Assembly: GCA_001687465.1 (NCBI GenBank)
Contig: LVLI01000211.1
Coordinates: 1 to 57,631 of the forward strand
Direction of reading: 5' to 3'
Source: Halocafeteria seosinensis
Lineage: Eukaryota
DNA: 57,631 bases
The translations under genes were made by a program, and so were the position numbers. A model generated the notes under the pieces. That model worked only from the letters and a program-made list of their open reading frames with translations. It was not told the origin of the DNA and did not search any database. Shown here piece by piece: positions 9,994-23,300 of this stretch; within the stretch, counting starts at the first letter, position 1, and the number at the start of each line of letters is the position of its first letter.

Positions 9994-11319
9994 TCACACA
10001 CTCTGTCTTGAGTAGAAACGCATCAGCTCACCTCTGAAGGATTCACCCACAGTGCCGCCATCAGCCGACACGGCGTCAACATGTGTCAGAGTTTGCGAAA
10101 CCACTTCCAATCGATTGGAAGAGACACCACCTTCATGACATACTCGAAATTTCCAGCGGCATATTGATCGAGTGCTATTTCGTACCTCAGTAGTTGCGAG
10201 GACTGTAGGCCCTCTCATTTCCCATACACCTAAGGAGAGAGCTGACTCTGATAGCTCCGGAATCGACGGATGTAGATTGTCAGTTTGTGGATCATTCGAA
10301 TTCGGACCCGAGTCTTCGGATTCGAGTCGTCGAAACGTAGTGCCTTTGAGAGGCGCCGGGCGATCCGACCTATTTGAGCTGGGAATAGGCGTAGAGACTG
10401 GAGTGCCTACTACACTTGTCGAAGTATCCGGTAGTCCTGGAGGTCTTGCCGGTACAGCTTCAGGCACAGTACCAGTTGTAGGAGCATTATCAACTGAGCG
10501 AGTGCGGCTATCAGCGGCAAGAGGCTTATTTTGACCGTATCCTGATTCCTCTGCTTCATCTTCTTCCTTTCCATTGGATAGGGAAAACAAACTAATGTCT
10601 TCGCCAAACACCATTTTCATCTGTCTTTGGTGAGCATATCGCAGCAAATCCATGAGCCTGTTGTATGCCTCCATCTTGAGGTCTCTCTCACTCGTCAGGG
10701 AGCTAAGTCGATGCCAATACACTTTCTGTTCAAGCTTTCGAAGTGCTCGCATCCCGTGCTCCAACTCCCCGGGTACCATTAGATGCCAAAGCGTTCCATC
10801 TTTCTTGAAAAGAAACAGACGGTGATAGACAATGTTGTGAGCGTTCCTACCACTCGGATGCCAAATATCAAAGTATCCCGGGCGAATGTAGGACGTCCTC
10901 TGAGCAAACACTCCATCGTATCGAACCCGTGGGAGTTGTCGGAAAGCATCAATCCATCTCATCCGTTGCTTCTTGACAACTTGTTTCCAGTAGTGATTCC
11001 ACGTTCGCTGATGGCGGATATTTCGTTTCACGGCCTGCCAGCAGTAAAACTCCCATAAAATGGGGTGTTCAGCGATTTGGTACCATGTGGAATTCAACAG
11101 TGTAATCCTGCGAGCGACGGCTTCGGGACTCAAGAACGAGAGCACTTTCGCCGCTAACAGCGAGGCTGGAAGCACGGCCGCCGGGTCCCTTTTCTTGCTC
11201 GGCACGTCAATAACTAAACTCGACGCGAATGCCGACGAAGTGCCGTCGACATCTTGGTCATGCTCTGAGAATGCATTCTGCGCCACTTCGGCTTCATCCG
11301 CCTCCTGAGCAGCAGACAT
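9994..11319 (-). CDS. FBXO9: F-box protein, FBXO9/Hrt3-like
   Basis: F-box-like LPASLLAAKVLSFL...WYQIAEHPILW is followed by the family signature PRVRYDGVFAQRTSYIRPG...VYHRLFLFKKDGT. Single ORF. Confidence 0.8.
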   Translation of the reverse strand: MSAAQEADEAEVAQNAFSEHDQDVDGTSSAFASSLVIDVPSKKRDPAAVLPASLLAAKVLSFLSPEAVARRITLLNSTWYQIAEHPILWEFYCWQAVKRNIRHQRTWNHYWKQVVKKQRMRWIDAFRQLPRVRYDGVFAQRTSYIRPGYFDIWHPSGRNAHNIVYHRLFLFKKDGTLWHLMVPGELEHGMRALRKLEQKVYWHRLSSLTSERDLKMEAYNRLMDLLRYAHQRQMKMVFGEDISLFSLSNGKEEDEAEESGYGQNKPLAADSRTRSVDNAPTTGTVPEAVPARPPGLPDTSTSVVGTPVSTPIPSSNRSDRPAPLKGTTFRRLESEDSGPNSNDPQTDNLHPSIPELSESALSLGVWEMRGPTVLATTEVRNSTRSICRWKFRVCHEGGVSSNRLEVVSQTLTHVDAVSADGGTVGESFRGELMRFYSRQSV

Positions 11320-11706
11320 GGTTCATGCAGTAGAGCCAAACGCTGAATTTCTTGGCACAAATTCAATGGCAGACCGCGTCTCGGTCACTAGCACAGTGAT
11401 TCAAGCAATTTTTTATTTTTCTTCGTCACAATCCATGCAGGATTGATGGGACAACAAATACTGGCAATGACGTGGTGAGTCTGCCTACCTGGTACCCAAA
11501 CTAGGACTACGACTACGACTACTAGCCTAGTAGTACTAGGCCCGAATTATAACAAGTTTGCGTGCATTGATCGACGGATGTGATGGTACAGTGCGCGGTT
11601 ACCTACCTATACAGCACTTCAGGTGGAAGCAATCGAAATTGTCGGTGTACGCTATCTTATCTGGGTTGTAGAGAGACTGAGCTCTCACTACACGAATGCA
11701 TTCAAT

Positions 11707-13940
11707 TCACAACGATCGCCGATTTAGAATGTTGGGACCTTCCTCCTCGAACTCCTGCTTGGAGATCCACATTTGCTGGAAGGTACCCAGAGTCGAGAGA
11801 ATGCTTCCACCGATCCATGCAGAATACTGTTGGGCCAACGGGCCCGGTGTCAACACCCGGGGCTTATACGCGGACGGTAAATTCTGATCCAACTCCTTGT
11901 ATAGACGCTCCTTCAAGCCGTTTGCTCTGCTCCCGCCTCCAACTAGAATAATATTGTTGACCAGAGTCTTGCGGATGTCCGGATCACTATACATGAGACT
12001 TCGATGGACAATATCTTGTAGGGGATCGGGAAACATGGATGTTCGGGTAGGTGAAGTATACTCGCGGGGTATACGTCCATGGTTGCGAAGTGCTTGCCGA
12101 GCAGAGACTCGTTCTGACGGAGTGAGCGAATCGTTTACCACAGCAGCAGCTCGACAAAAGTCAATGCCTAAATCCATGTCGTCTTCAACACACATCGGAG
12201 ATTCTCCAGCGGCAATTGCTCGGGCTACCCGTGCGCGAATACTTGACTTAAGTGCCTTGCCCATGTTTTCATCCTCCGAAACATTCTGTTCACTTTGAGC
12301 TCCACTCCTTGAAGAAGATGCCGGGTTCTGTTGCGAGCTTTCCTTACCACTTGATTGTTGAGCCTGGTTCTGTGCACCGCTTGAGCCTGAGGACGGTGCT
12401 TGCTGACTACGACTTCTTCTCATTTCTTGAGCAACAGCATTGCTAGTCTGCCAATCCATAGGGCGAGCAGGAGATGGGTCAAACAATAACTCTCCGACGA
12501 GTTTTGCTTCATGTGCTAGACTCAGGCGCCCTCGTTGAAACGGTAGGTCATATGTGATCTGTTTCTCTTCATCGTCTGACGAGCCAGTCGACTCGCTATC
12601 ACTGTCTTCCTCCGAATCTTCGCTTTGTTCTTCTGAACTCCCTTCGCCCTCCATGTCTTCGTCCTCCTCTTCTTTTCTTGATTTGTTCTGCTCTGACGAT
12701 GCTCCTTTACCTCCTTCACTCGGCTTCCTATCCACACCTGTATAGTGGGACAGAGTTACTCTACACACAGCCCGTTTAATATCTTCCGCAACACGAAGCT
12801 GTTTATAAGTTTGAAAGGACATGGTTGTGCCAAAGTTATCAACGAGTCGTTCCCGTATCCGTAACTGAGACGCAGGGTCTCCAGATTTCACGGTATGTGG
12901 TCCATGATGCAATCGTGAAACTGTCCCTCCACCACATAAGACCGAGAACCACTCACTCGGGAATTCTTTGCTTCCGTTATTGTAAATTGTATTTGCACTT
13001 TGCCTTACATCCGCGGATACATCCATGGTTGGAGCCAACAGATCCTGTAAATTACTAGGAGTTGTTTTGTTACCGTTGGTCCCTTCCACGGACAGTTCGC
13101 CTCGCTCTAAGCTTCGTTTCATTTGGATTTGCATATATTGTGATAATACGAAGCCTCCAACAAAACTCTGAAGCATGCCGGTTTCTAAGCAGTATCCGTC
13201 ATAAACAGGACATACCCGGGTGTGAGCTGACCCAACATCGACAACCAGAGCTGTTGGCCGTCCAACAGAAAAGGCATGCAATGTACCTGATTTCACCGGA
13301 AATACTGCAGGCGCTCCGAGGCTCTCAAAGAATATTTCCATACTCTTTTCTCGTTGAGAGGGTACTGTGATCACTGGCTCAGAATAAAGGATCGGGTGCT
13401 CCGTGGGATCGGCATGTATCTTATCCAATCCGTACGACCAGACTGCCTCCATCAAATCCCAGTCGCGAACCATGCCGTCTTCGAGAGGGGATACCACACT
13501 CATCCCTGGACGATGACGGGACAGGGATTCCTCTCCTAGAAAGTACTCAGTATTACTGTCTGACGTGTGATCACGTTTCCAGGAAGATAGTGCATTTCCT
13601 GCGCTTTGCGTGTTGCCCATACGTCGTTCCATTTCCTTCATCCACGGCTGCCGCTGGTCCAGCACACCCACATGCTGCATTTTGGGCCATAAAAAATCAG
13701 TGTGTAGAATGGTCCGTAAAACATAATTTAAAAAAGGCCACATACAGTAGGCATATCGAGCTTGGGAAAATCTTCCCCTCCGTATCCAAACCGACTGGAC
13801 CAGTGTCCCACATCCATAACCACAGCTCCCGTCTCATCTGCACATCATTAGTGAATTAATACATTGATAAATGGTCCTTTATAGAGGGGTGTGTACGCGA
13901 TTTTAATGGCCTTATAAGGACCCGTACCTCCACAATACAT
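11707..13940 (-). CDS. ARP4: Nuclear actin-related protein 4 (ARP4/ACTL6-like)
   Basis: The spliced N-terminus [39 protein letters not shown] uses introns 13838-13927 and 13675-13745. Also [20 protein letters not shown] and [29 protein letters not shown]. Confidence 0.92.
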
Positions 13941-14358
13941 CCTTGTCTGGCCTCCAAAACGACTGCTACAAGCTATAACGACCCTCTTACACACACATAC
14001 CCGAGTGGGTACAGACCGACACAACAACACCAGAATCAACTTGTAGGGTGCTATTAGTGGGACGCTTATTACCCAAACCTCAGTGTGATCGTTCAATCAT
14101 TTCGTCGACTTTGGAAACGTGGAATCATAGGGGGTTAGCAGTTACGTAGCCAACAAATGGTAAGAGTGCGTACTGTATACAGGAGGAAAAACGGCAAGGC
14201 ATTTGGAAAGGGGGGATGTTTCCTTCATCTTCGTTGCCAGATTATATCGGCAAGTTGCAACGCGGTACGAATGAGTTGCCAGCCGAAAGACTGGTCAAGT
14301 GATACAGCATCTGAAAATGGTGGGAGGCACAAACGTTGTGCCGATATCCCGGAAGAGT

Positions 14359-17300
14359 TCATTTTTGAGACGGCAACTTTGGTAGTATACAAGATCTACG
14401 CCTCTCCGATGAACAAGAATCACAAATCGCTGCGAGATACTCGTGTACCGTGGAAGCAACTTCTTGAGTTCCACAAGGGATAACGTATTCGCTTACTCCG
14501 AGTCCCCGAGAAGCTAGAGCATATAGTATTACTTTGTCCTCGCATGCATATGTTACCCGTAGGCGTGAACGTTTGACGCACCAGCGCAAGTCCGCCCGTC
14601 CAACACGTAACTGATCCTGCTGTAAATAAGAGCTGGAATGAAACCTTAGAAGCATTAGTTGTGTCGTGGTCACGACGAAGATACATCCTGTATCCCATAA
14701 CACTCTAGATAGCTCCACGTATAAGACTCGTGTGTTCGTAGGAAGTATAGTTGACAATCCTACCGAAAGGGCAGCACGTTCGAAGAGTGGTACACTAGAG
14801 GCAAAGACGGGTCTGCAGTGGCAGTTCCGTAGCTTGGTCAACGCATATTGGCGGTTGCGAAACAATTGTTTCAGACCGTAATAATGAAAACCTCTGTTAT
14901 TAAACAGTTGAGAAGAGGTAGCGCTAGTATAAAGAGCATGTCCCCAGTAGACGCAACCCATAGGGAAGTTGGAAAGAGTGCAATACAACGCCCATACTAT
15001 TCTCCTCAAGTCGGCACCATGCATGCGTAAGGTAGTCGGAAGAGCCGCAATTGCACTGCACATCCCGTCTATAGGATCTACTGGAGCTGAGAAAGCGCTG
15101 AGACCGTACCTGCGATATGGAAGCGCGGGCGCTAAGCACGATCGAAATGCAGAGTCAACACTTTCTAACGCTGACGCTGGTAGAGCAAGCGCCGACGTCA
15201 TACTCGCCACAAACTCTCTAGTGGCTCGCAGAGACATTGAGGCAGAATCCCGGTATTTCCTCTCGCGAAACAAACGGACAGAGGTTGCGCAGCTCTGAAT
15301 GCCTTCACAAAGTAGCCCAGAGGAACCTGATAAACTCTTTAAGAAATATTGCAAAACTACCGAGGACATCGTTCCGAATGTTATCTGCTGTAGTATTGGA
15401 GCAGTTAGTTGCGAGCACATCTCTTCGTAGTTACGCGATACCACCGTTGAGACTAGGTTGATGCGCGGGATATATGCATTCACCCTGTGGCAGTCAGCAA
15501 CCATCGATAGCGCTGCTCTGGCGACTCTTGACTCGACAAACACGGCCAATGTTTCCATACCTCGTATGGACACAGAAACGAAGGGAATACATATGTTTAA
15601 CCCTTCCAGGATCTGAAAACGTCCATGATACTTATCTGCTGTGGGCGCAAGCAATATTGCTTCAAAGGGACTTCGCTGCAAATGAACGCGGAACCTGTGT
15701 GCCACGACGCGTTTCCACCGATTTGCTCGAGTAAGGCGGGGTGTGCTTCCTGCGCCAGAAAGTTTCCCTTGTGTTCCATATTCCATAAAGAATGGCACCA
15801 ACACCCTTCCGACAGAGGCTGGAAGCAAAGCCAGCATAGTCAACGATGCCATCAATATCTCATTCCTTCGAGGCAACGTAGCGAGGTCGCTTTCCCAGCC
15901 AAAACGACTATCAATTCGTAAGAAATCAATTAGCTCAAAAGATGGAACATCGTACACACTGCAAGAAGATAGATAATATCTCTTCGCGTAGGATGCGGAT
16001 ATTAGGCGATGATGCAGCCACATTCCAGTTGAAATCAGCATGGCCAGCCATTGCCCATCCACATTTACATGCATACTTCCACATTGAAGGTTTAAAGTTC
16101 CCAAACAATGCTCAGAAGGGGAATCCGAAAGATAGAGCTCTACAGGTAAACCCCTTACAGACTCCGCCTTGAAGACGTCGCTGCCCGTTGAATCTTGAAT
16201 ACAAAATGTTGGTGTTGTTAATCGCAGTTCCGAAATCGCATTATCATCAGTCTTAACCAAACATTCGAGTTTGTCACTAGATACGGCAACTCCAAGACCA
16301 GTAGTTTCCTCAGTGAAACGTATCTTCAGTTCTCCTATGAAGATTCGGAAGCTGGAACGGATAGTCTGCTCAGCAGCATCGGAAGGGGTCGAGGGGACAC
16401 TGGTCTCTGTAACCGTCGTGTAGCGTTTCGCTAGCTTTCTTACTGACGGGATCTTGTAGAACCCCTTGTTTTCACGTTCAGTGGTAGAAGCGTGAAATCT
16501 TTCTTCTACGTGAATACTAATGCTTCCACTCTCGCTTACCCCCACGCCGATGGCCATGACTTGGGAGAGCTCAGGAATCCTCACTGTTCTGTCGTAGCAA
16601 GAATCCAAAGAAAACTTGCCCAGATCAACAAGCCGAGCTTGATTTCTGCTACAGACGTCTGCAAAAGCTAGAGAAGGCCAGACATGGACTCTACCGGAAG
16701 AATGCCCGGAAAATTCTAGGATCTCGAACGTGCCAGTACTGCAACCCAAGGCGCTGTCTCTGTTGGGCCCACAAACGGCAAAGAGTTTAACAGCCAGGTG
16801 CTCGTAATTCGACTTTACGGGCTCCGCCCAGCTATACCGTACCCGTTGAGAGGGCATTACGATTTCCGCGTCTCGTGCCAAGGCGACATCCTCTTGGCAA
16901 AGACATAGAACAACGGGAGTGTCATTTGTGACAACGATGGGAGCTTCATGGGCCACAGCTGCTGCTCGAAAGGACTGATACTCCAGTGTACTCTCGTGAT
17001 GATCCACCTGACGTGAGGTTAAAACTTTCCAATTCTCATTGTGGGATTGAACGGAAGTCTCTTGCAGTTTTCTGAAGGTGGGAATATCGACATCATTAAT
17101 TGACCAACAATAAGGCAAAATGTCAATTAGATTCAAACCATGTTTGGACTTCCTCAACGACAAACGAACACATACAGATTCGTAGCAAGAAAACACTGGA
17201 ACATTCATGGCTGCCACCAATGTTGCACGGGCCGCACGCATCTTATCGGGGTCATCAGGACTGATTCGGGAAAATAAACAATGCCGATGCCTTGTTCTCA

Positions 17301-20300
17301 GGATAACTTCAGATCTGTTGTCAAAAGTACGGAGGTCGAACGCGCCAGACCATTCCCATTCATCAACGGTTTTGTTTGAGCTACGTACACGTAACCGCAG
17401 TTCATTTTTGCATCCCACACAAACTGGTCCACAGTAGAACAGCCAGCGTTCTATGCTTGTCAGTTCTTCCGGCTTAATAGCAGGGGCTTCGGAAAGGAAT
17501 GAGCAGGGTAAACATTGGCCGGGACCCAGTGTCCATCTCCGAAGAGTCTTTCTATAGCACTGGGAAAACTCCATAGTTAGATTAGTTCTGTTCTTGAAGT
17601 AGTAGCAGTATGAGCAAATTATCTCTGGATACCTCGTACCGTACCAATGGTTCAGTCGAAAGTTTACTGGGAGCTCTCTTAACCCATCGCTGCCAGTTTT
17701 TCGCCAGCCAACTGCGCTAAAATCAATGTTATTCATCCAACCACCAGGTGGTAAAGAAACAAATCCTTTGCGGGTGGTACCCAAATGCTTAAGTAATGGC
17801 AGTAGGCGCAAATTGTGCCTGGGGTTTCCAATACTGTAATATAAATTCCCGATCGAATCGAGAACAGATGCCACAGACATTCTCTTAGGGGGCACGTCCA
17901 ACGATTTCGGCATATTTGTACAAGTAAATAACTCTGAGTCATCACCCTGGGACACAAACATGAAGTCCATCGGTCGGGTTCGAACCAACGTACTGAGGGA
18001 CTTCTGGAACGCAGCAAGTGGAGCATGTTTAGGAGGACCATAGTTATTAAGCCTACTTGAAAACGCCTCATCAGCTAAACGAGTACAGTCAGATCGGCCT
18101 TTCAACAACTTTTTGAGTAGCAGTTGACGGGGATGTATCGATGCTGCCTTCGTGAACAGATCACTGCGATTTTGGCAAGCATAAGTATCATCCTGACTTG
18201 TGAAGGGGTCACTTCGATCGAATTCCTGATCAAGGAGAGACACAGACTCTCTTTCAGCCAGTAGCTTGTAGGCATCAGACTTGGAGCGTGCTAAAGCAAA
18301 CCCAAATGGTATTTCCGTGTCATTGTGGGCAAGTAAGGGAGAGGACACTTCCAGGCGTACACCACCTCCCTTCACTCTTCTAATCCTTACGGCCACACTA
18401 ATACAGAAAGTTTTACTGCTTTTGTGTTCCATGGTAGTAAGGCAACAGATATCCGCAGGATCTGGATCCTTCACAGACGGATCACCGAAGCAATAGCCCA
18501 CTGATAGCGTATCCTCCTCCAGGGCTTCTAACTCGGATCTGCTGTAGCCTACGGCCACCCACTTGTGTGGTGAAAATCCACTGATTGCACACTGAAAGAA
18601 GCATTTTCCGTACCATTGACACCCGTACCAACACAAGCGCTGACCAGGGAACAACCGTACTCCGAAGGATTGACAATCAATATGAAAAACTGCGAACTCT
18701 TCATCCGTTATGTGTTGAAATACAGGATACTCACTTACGTCCAGCATAGAGCTCTCAGGACAAGAAAAGTATACGAGCAAGGGAACAGGCATCTCCGACC
18801 GCAAAGCAACTGGTGTGTCGAGTGCAATATCCATCCCGAGAGACTCTTTCCCAATTGCTGTAGACGTGTCCCTGTTATCCTCTTTGCTATCAATCGTCAT
18901 AATGCTACCTCGAGTCTGCACCATACTCTGTGGAAACCCTCTGTTTGCAGCGCTCAACACGACAGGAGAACCCAATGCTCCCCGGTATCGGCGAGCATAC
19001 GACCGACTAAGCCGTCGTATACTACATACCAAATTCACTACAAGGCCCGTCTCATCCACACACTGTACACCCACTAACCCATCCCTCTCCCGCGAAATAG
19101 CATGGGGCTGACAAACAAACACAGGGTGAAGATTATACTCACCGAGGAAGCAATTCCCAGAATGGTCCAGTGAAAGCGATCCATTGTCACCGAGTATAGC
19201 AGAATGGATTGGCTTAAATTGTCTGAGCCAAATAGAGAAGTACATACTTTGCGGCACCAGGGGCGGATCGAAACGACTGTCTTTGTCCAAGCAGCACACT
19301 GGTACTCCAGATCGCTCATCTCCTCTCAAGGACTGCTTCTCTTGGCCGCAACTCATGGTAACCTCCAGCGGTCGTTCTAAAAAGCTCGCCAATGTAACCA
19401 TTGGGCGCAGTCGTACAGTCACACAGTTGCTAGCACTAGGGAGGGCCTCTGCGACGAAACAAGCTGTTCCGTCCGCAGCATATACAATCTTGTAAGCACT
19501 TAGCTCCAACGGAAATGTCACGGATATACCCTCATTCCCCAAGGATTGCACGTGAATGGAAAGCTTTGAATGACACGAGACCGTCTCCTGGAGATACTCC
19601 TGGTTGCACATATGGAAAGGTATTCCAGCGCATGCATTGCTCGGAATATGAACCCCTCGAGGAGCACATCTACCATGGCACTTGCTCACGTCTACCAAAT
19701 AGGCTTCGAGGGTAGTTGGAAGACGATTGTCCACCAATGCCACTGACGTGACGGCCTGATGCTGTCGATTGCTACAAAACTGGCGAGAGTACTGCTGCAT
19801 CAACTCATGTCTTTTCAGTAACTCCTCCATTGATATGTTGATACAAACGCTCGGTATGTCAATTCCTGTATGGAAGGTGCCAGTCGCACGCGAGCCTTGC
19901 ATGTGGTTCTCAACCAACGAATGCAGGTCTAACCAACGAGGATAATTTCGCAAATCATGCAACGTAGACATTTGCCAATCTGAAAGCAATTTCATGCAAT
20001 ATTGAACTCCCAATTTATTGAGTCTGGCAATGTCAGCATACTGGTCATTGACGCCAGTATGTAACATAACTGAAAACGAGAGTTCCCCTAGACAAGCCAA
20101 CAGTGCAGGTTCTTGAATTGCCATCACGTCGCACTCATGGATTTCTATTTTCACCAGAGGTTGATAGATCAACTCCTTCGAAGAAGATTCAGTGAGGCAC
20201 TGAGATGTTGTTCGATGCAAGTAGACGGCAAGGCGCCGGGCGCTTAGTTCAAAAATGGTATCAGGAAGTGCGCCGGCAGCACTGGGAGAGGATCCGCAAA

Positions 20301-23300
20301 ACGAATTGATCTGTTCGACAGTATCGCTGACAAGATCTGTCAAAGCCTTTACTCCTTCTTCGCTTATGCCTACTTTAGCTTCATCAACAAATGCTCGGAC
20401 ACGACAACGCTTCTGTGTAGACGATACGAGCGCTTCTGCAGGTATAGAGTTTTCATTCCGTGTCTCCNGTGTCAAGTGATCGTGAATCCCCGCCAATGCA
20501 CTGTAGCGATTTCCCGCAAATGAGGCATTAAACAGTCCGCACGCAATAGATTGCCCGCTTGAACTCCTGATATAGAATTTGCTATTATCGCATTCAGCGT
20601 TTACGTCTATCAATCTGAACGCAGCTATCGGCAAGTTGCACATCATCCCTGATGGCATGTCCTGCCGAAGGGTAATCGTAACATCCCGGAATTGTGAGTG
20701 ACATGACAATAGCCTCCAACAGTCGCCAAGCAGATTCGAAGGTTGTATTATACACTGAATGAATGAATTAAAGAAGGTGCGGCAAACTGGATTAGCCAAG
20801 TTTTCCTGGCTAGATGCGACACATAGCCGACAGTTTCTCAACGAGAGATCGATTGACATCATGTCCAGCTGATGCTCGCGGTATGAGCGTACAGGGGACA
20901 ACTCTGTTATTTCTGTGCGAGCTTCTGACTCGCGCGTCAGCACGTCCAGCAGTTGCTCTAAGGATTCCTTCAACCGAAATAGTACCCGAGGGACTATGAA
21001 AATGGCACATGACTCGACGTTCCCAACAATGCACCTGGTTTTCACTGACTTCACACATATTTGCCCGAGAGTATCATCGGACGAGCCTTCAAATTCACCA
21101 ACGCCCCAAAACGTACGGTTTTGATACCTGAAATTATCATGCAATTTGATTTCTACTATTTTGGCTTCAGGGTTTTCGTCCAGTCGCGATAGCAGTTCTC
21201 GGTGATCTTGTGGGACTTCTGCTCTGCAGTCAACCACAGATGCATCACCGATACTAAACGAGAAAGAAGACGTAGGGTCACTCAAAAACCTCAGGAAGTC
21301 CTGATACCGACTAGCAAGATTAAAGCAAGTGTCAAAACATCGTAAACAGGCTACATTGCTGTGGTTACTGGCTTCCACGATGCTGGCGTGGAGTTCGGAA
21401 ATGGAGGCACGGACCGACAAGCACCCATTGTCAGTTGAAGCACTGTTATTCCCATACTGTGGCATAGATCCAAAGTTAATGTACAAAATACGTGAGAGTA
21501 GCAGAAACTGAGGCTGGTGAATCCTTAGAAAAACTGAATCTGCTTGCAGCTTGATCGCGACGTCGGAGTCCGCCTCAGGTCCCCAAGAGTATTCAATGTT
21601 TAGAGCCGCGGACGTATCTTGCATTAAGTATTGAATTTTTGGTGAGGCATCGGATCCCAAGGGGCTATGCAGCGATAAGAAAGTCGTTTCTGCACCAGCA
21701 TATTGGGTAATGTTGCTTCCGATAATATTCAAGGCAACGGTTTCAGTGAATCCCCTCTTCGTACTGTGAGCTCTGATAGTGTTACGAACATCGAATCCAT
21801 TTGTGGTGCTAATCAAGACTTCACTGCACGGATATTTCCAGTCGTTTTTATTGGAGGAACGAAAGTTCTGTTTCGAGTTTTCTTGAGCGATCCTAGGTAG
21901 GAAAAGGACCAAGTTACGAACTTGTATGGAGTACTGAGTCAGTATAACATTATCAAGTTCACTGTCAACTGCCCCAAACATCACATCAGCCAAAGAGCCA
22001 GCAAACAAAAACTGGCCCAAGCTCATCAAAAACGGCATTTCGATAACTCCTCTAATGTGGCCAACGTTCATCGAAAGAAGACACCCCAGAGGTGTGCTGC
22101 GTTTGTAGCTCCCATCAAGAGCATTCTCCAAGATGTCGGCGGATGGAATGCAGTAGGAATGCGAAAGCTCATCATCCCCAAATAGACGTACAGTATTGCT
22201 GTGCAAGATTGGAGCTGTTAATACACTGAATGATACTTCCGCACCGGGTCCGCTTAAGGAAAAAACGCGTTGTTCGTTCCCTCCGAACGCATAATGCAGG
22301 TCATAGACATGGATGTCACTCATAGATCCCTGTGCAAACGTTGAATACTCAATATTTCTCTTAGCTGAGTCGGTTCTCAGTACCGACACAGGGACAGAAA
22401 AAAGCCGAATGCCTGCATACATTACTTCTAGCCTGGCCAGAGCGTTACCACGCTTTTGGAAATAAACATCTAGTTCATTCACAGAAACATGCGATTCTGA
22501 ATAATGACTCGTCGTGCTAATCAGTAAGTTTTCCGGCCCCATACTAATTTCGGAGGCAGAAAACGGATCAGATCCAATGGAAGGGGGAGTAAGCGCGAAT
22601 TGATTTCTAAAAGTGTCAAGAATATCTTCTTCGACCACGACGGCAACGGCTACGATCTTAATTTCAAACTTATCGCGTGTGCAGGGAGCCTTGTTAACGA
22701 ACATCTCTTGGGAGCTTGACTCGGCCGAAAGTAACTTACACGACGGGCTATGCCGCCCAGGCGTAACGAAATGTATCGTAACAACAGGCTCTTGTGCTGC
22801 AGTCTCAGTACACCAAACTAGTTTACTATCTTCCTCGGAAGTGCTCCGGTCGTTACTTATGCCGTTCCATGCCTCAACATGACTTAGCGTTGTGTGCACC
22901 GAGCTGCCCACGGGTGAAGAGCTAACGCAGCAGTGCAGCGTCACAATCTTTGCTATCAAGAATGCGTCTGCCGGACTCCACTGTCGCAAGTGTCCATCTT
23001 CCCCTGTTCCTGTAGCAGCAAATACTACTTCTATACTTTGAATACGTAGCTCAACCAACAGTGCCACTGCTGGGTGAGTCCTCTCCAAGGATTCCTGCCC
23101 AGGGGGCCGCTGACCAACAAGCCAACTCGCTTTCGTTGATGTGTCCCTGGCATCGCCAGAATGTTCGCTCACAGTTTGGGATATAATACTACCCAATGTC
23201 TTCTTCTTTACATGCCGTGCACCTTGTGGGCTTTGCTGGGCACTGTAGAAAGAAGATAGCCGTTCTCCTTTTTGGTCATCTGTAACTGAAGATCGCTCAC

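Noticed and set aside
11506..11540. (GACTAC)n run and palindrome cctagta-g-tactagg; AGTAGT-like motifs reminiscent of Polinton termini
   Set aside because: Low-complexity CTA/TAG-rich sequence recurs in several intergenic regions, with no paired terminal inverted repeat or element genes.
9005..14107. Identical 14-mer caatcatttcgtcg at 9005-9018 and 14094-14107, each ~150 nt upstream of a minus-strand gene
   Set aside because: Several exact 14-mer matches are expected by chance in 57 kb, and no third copy was found.
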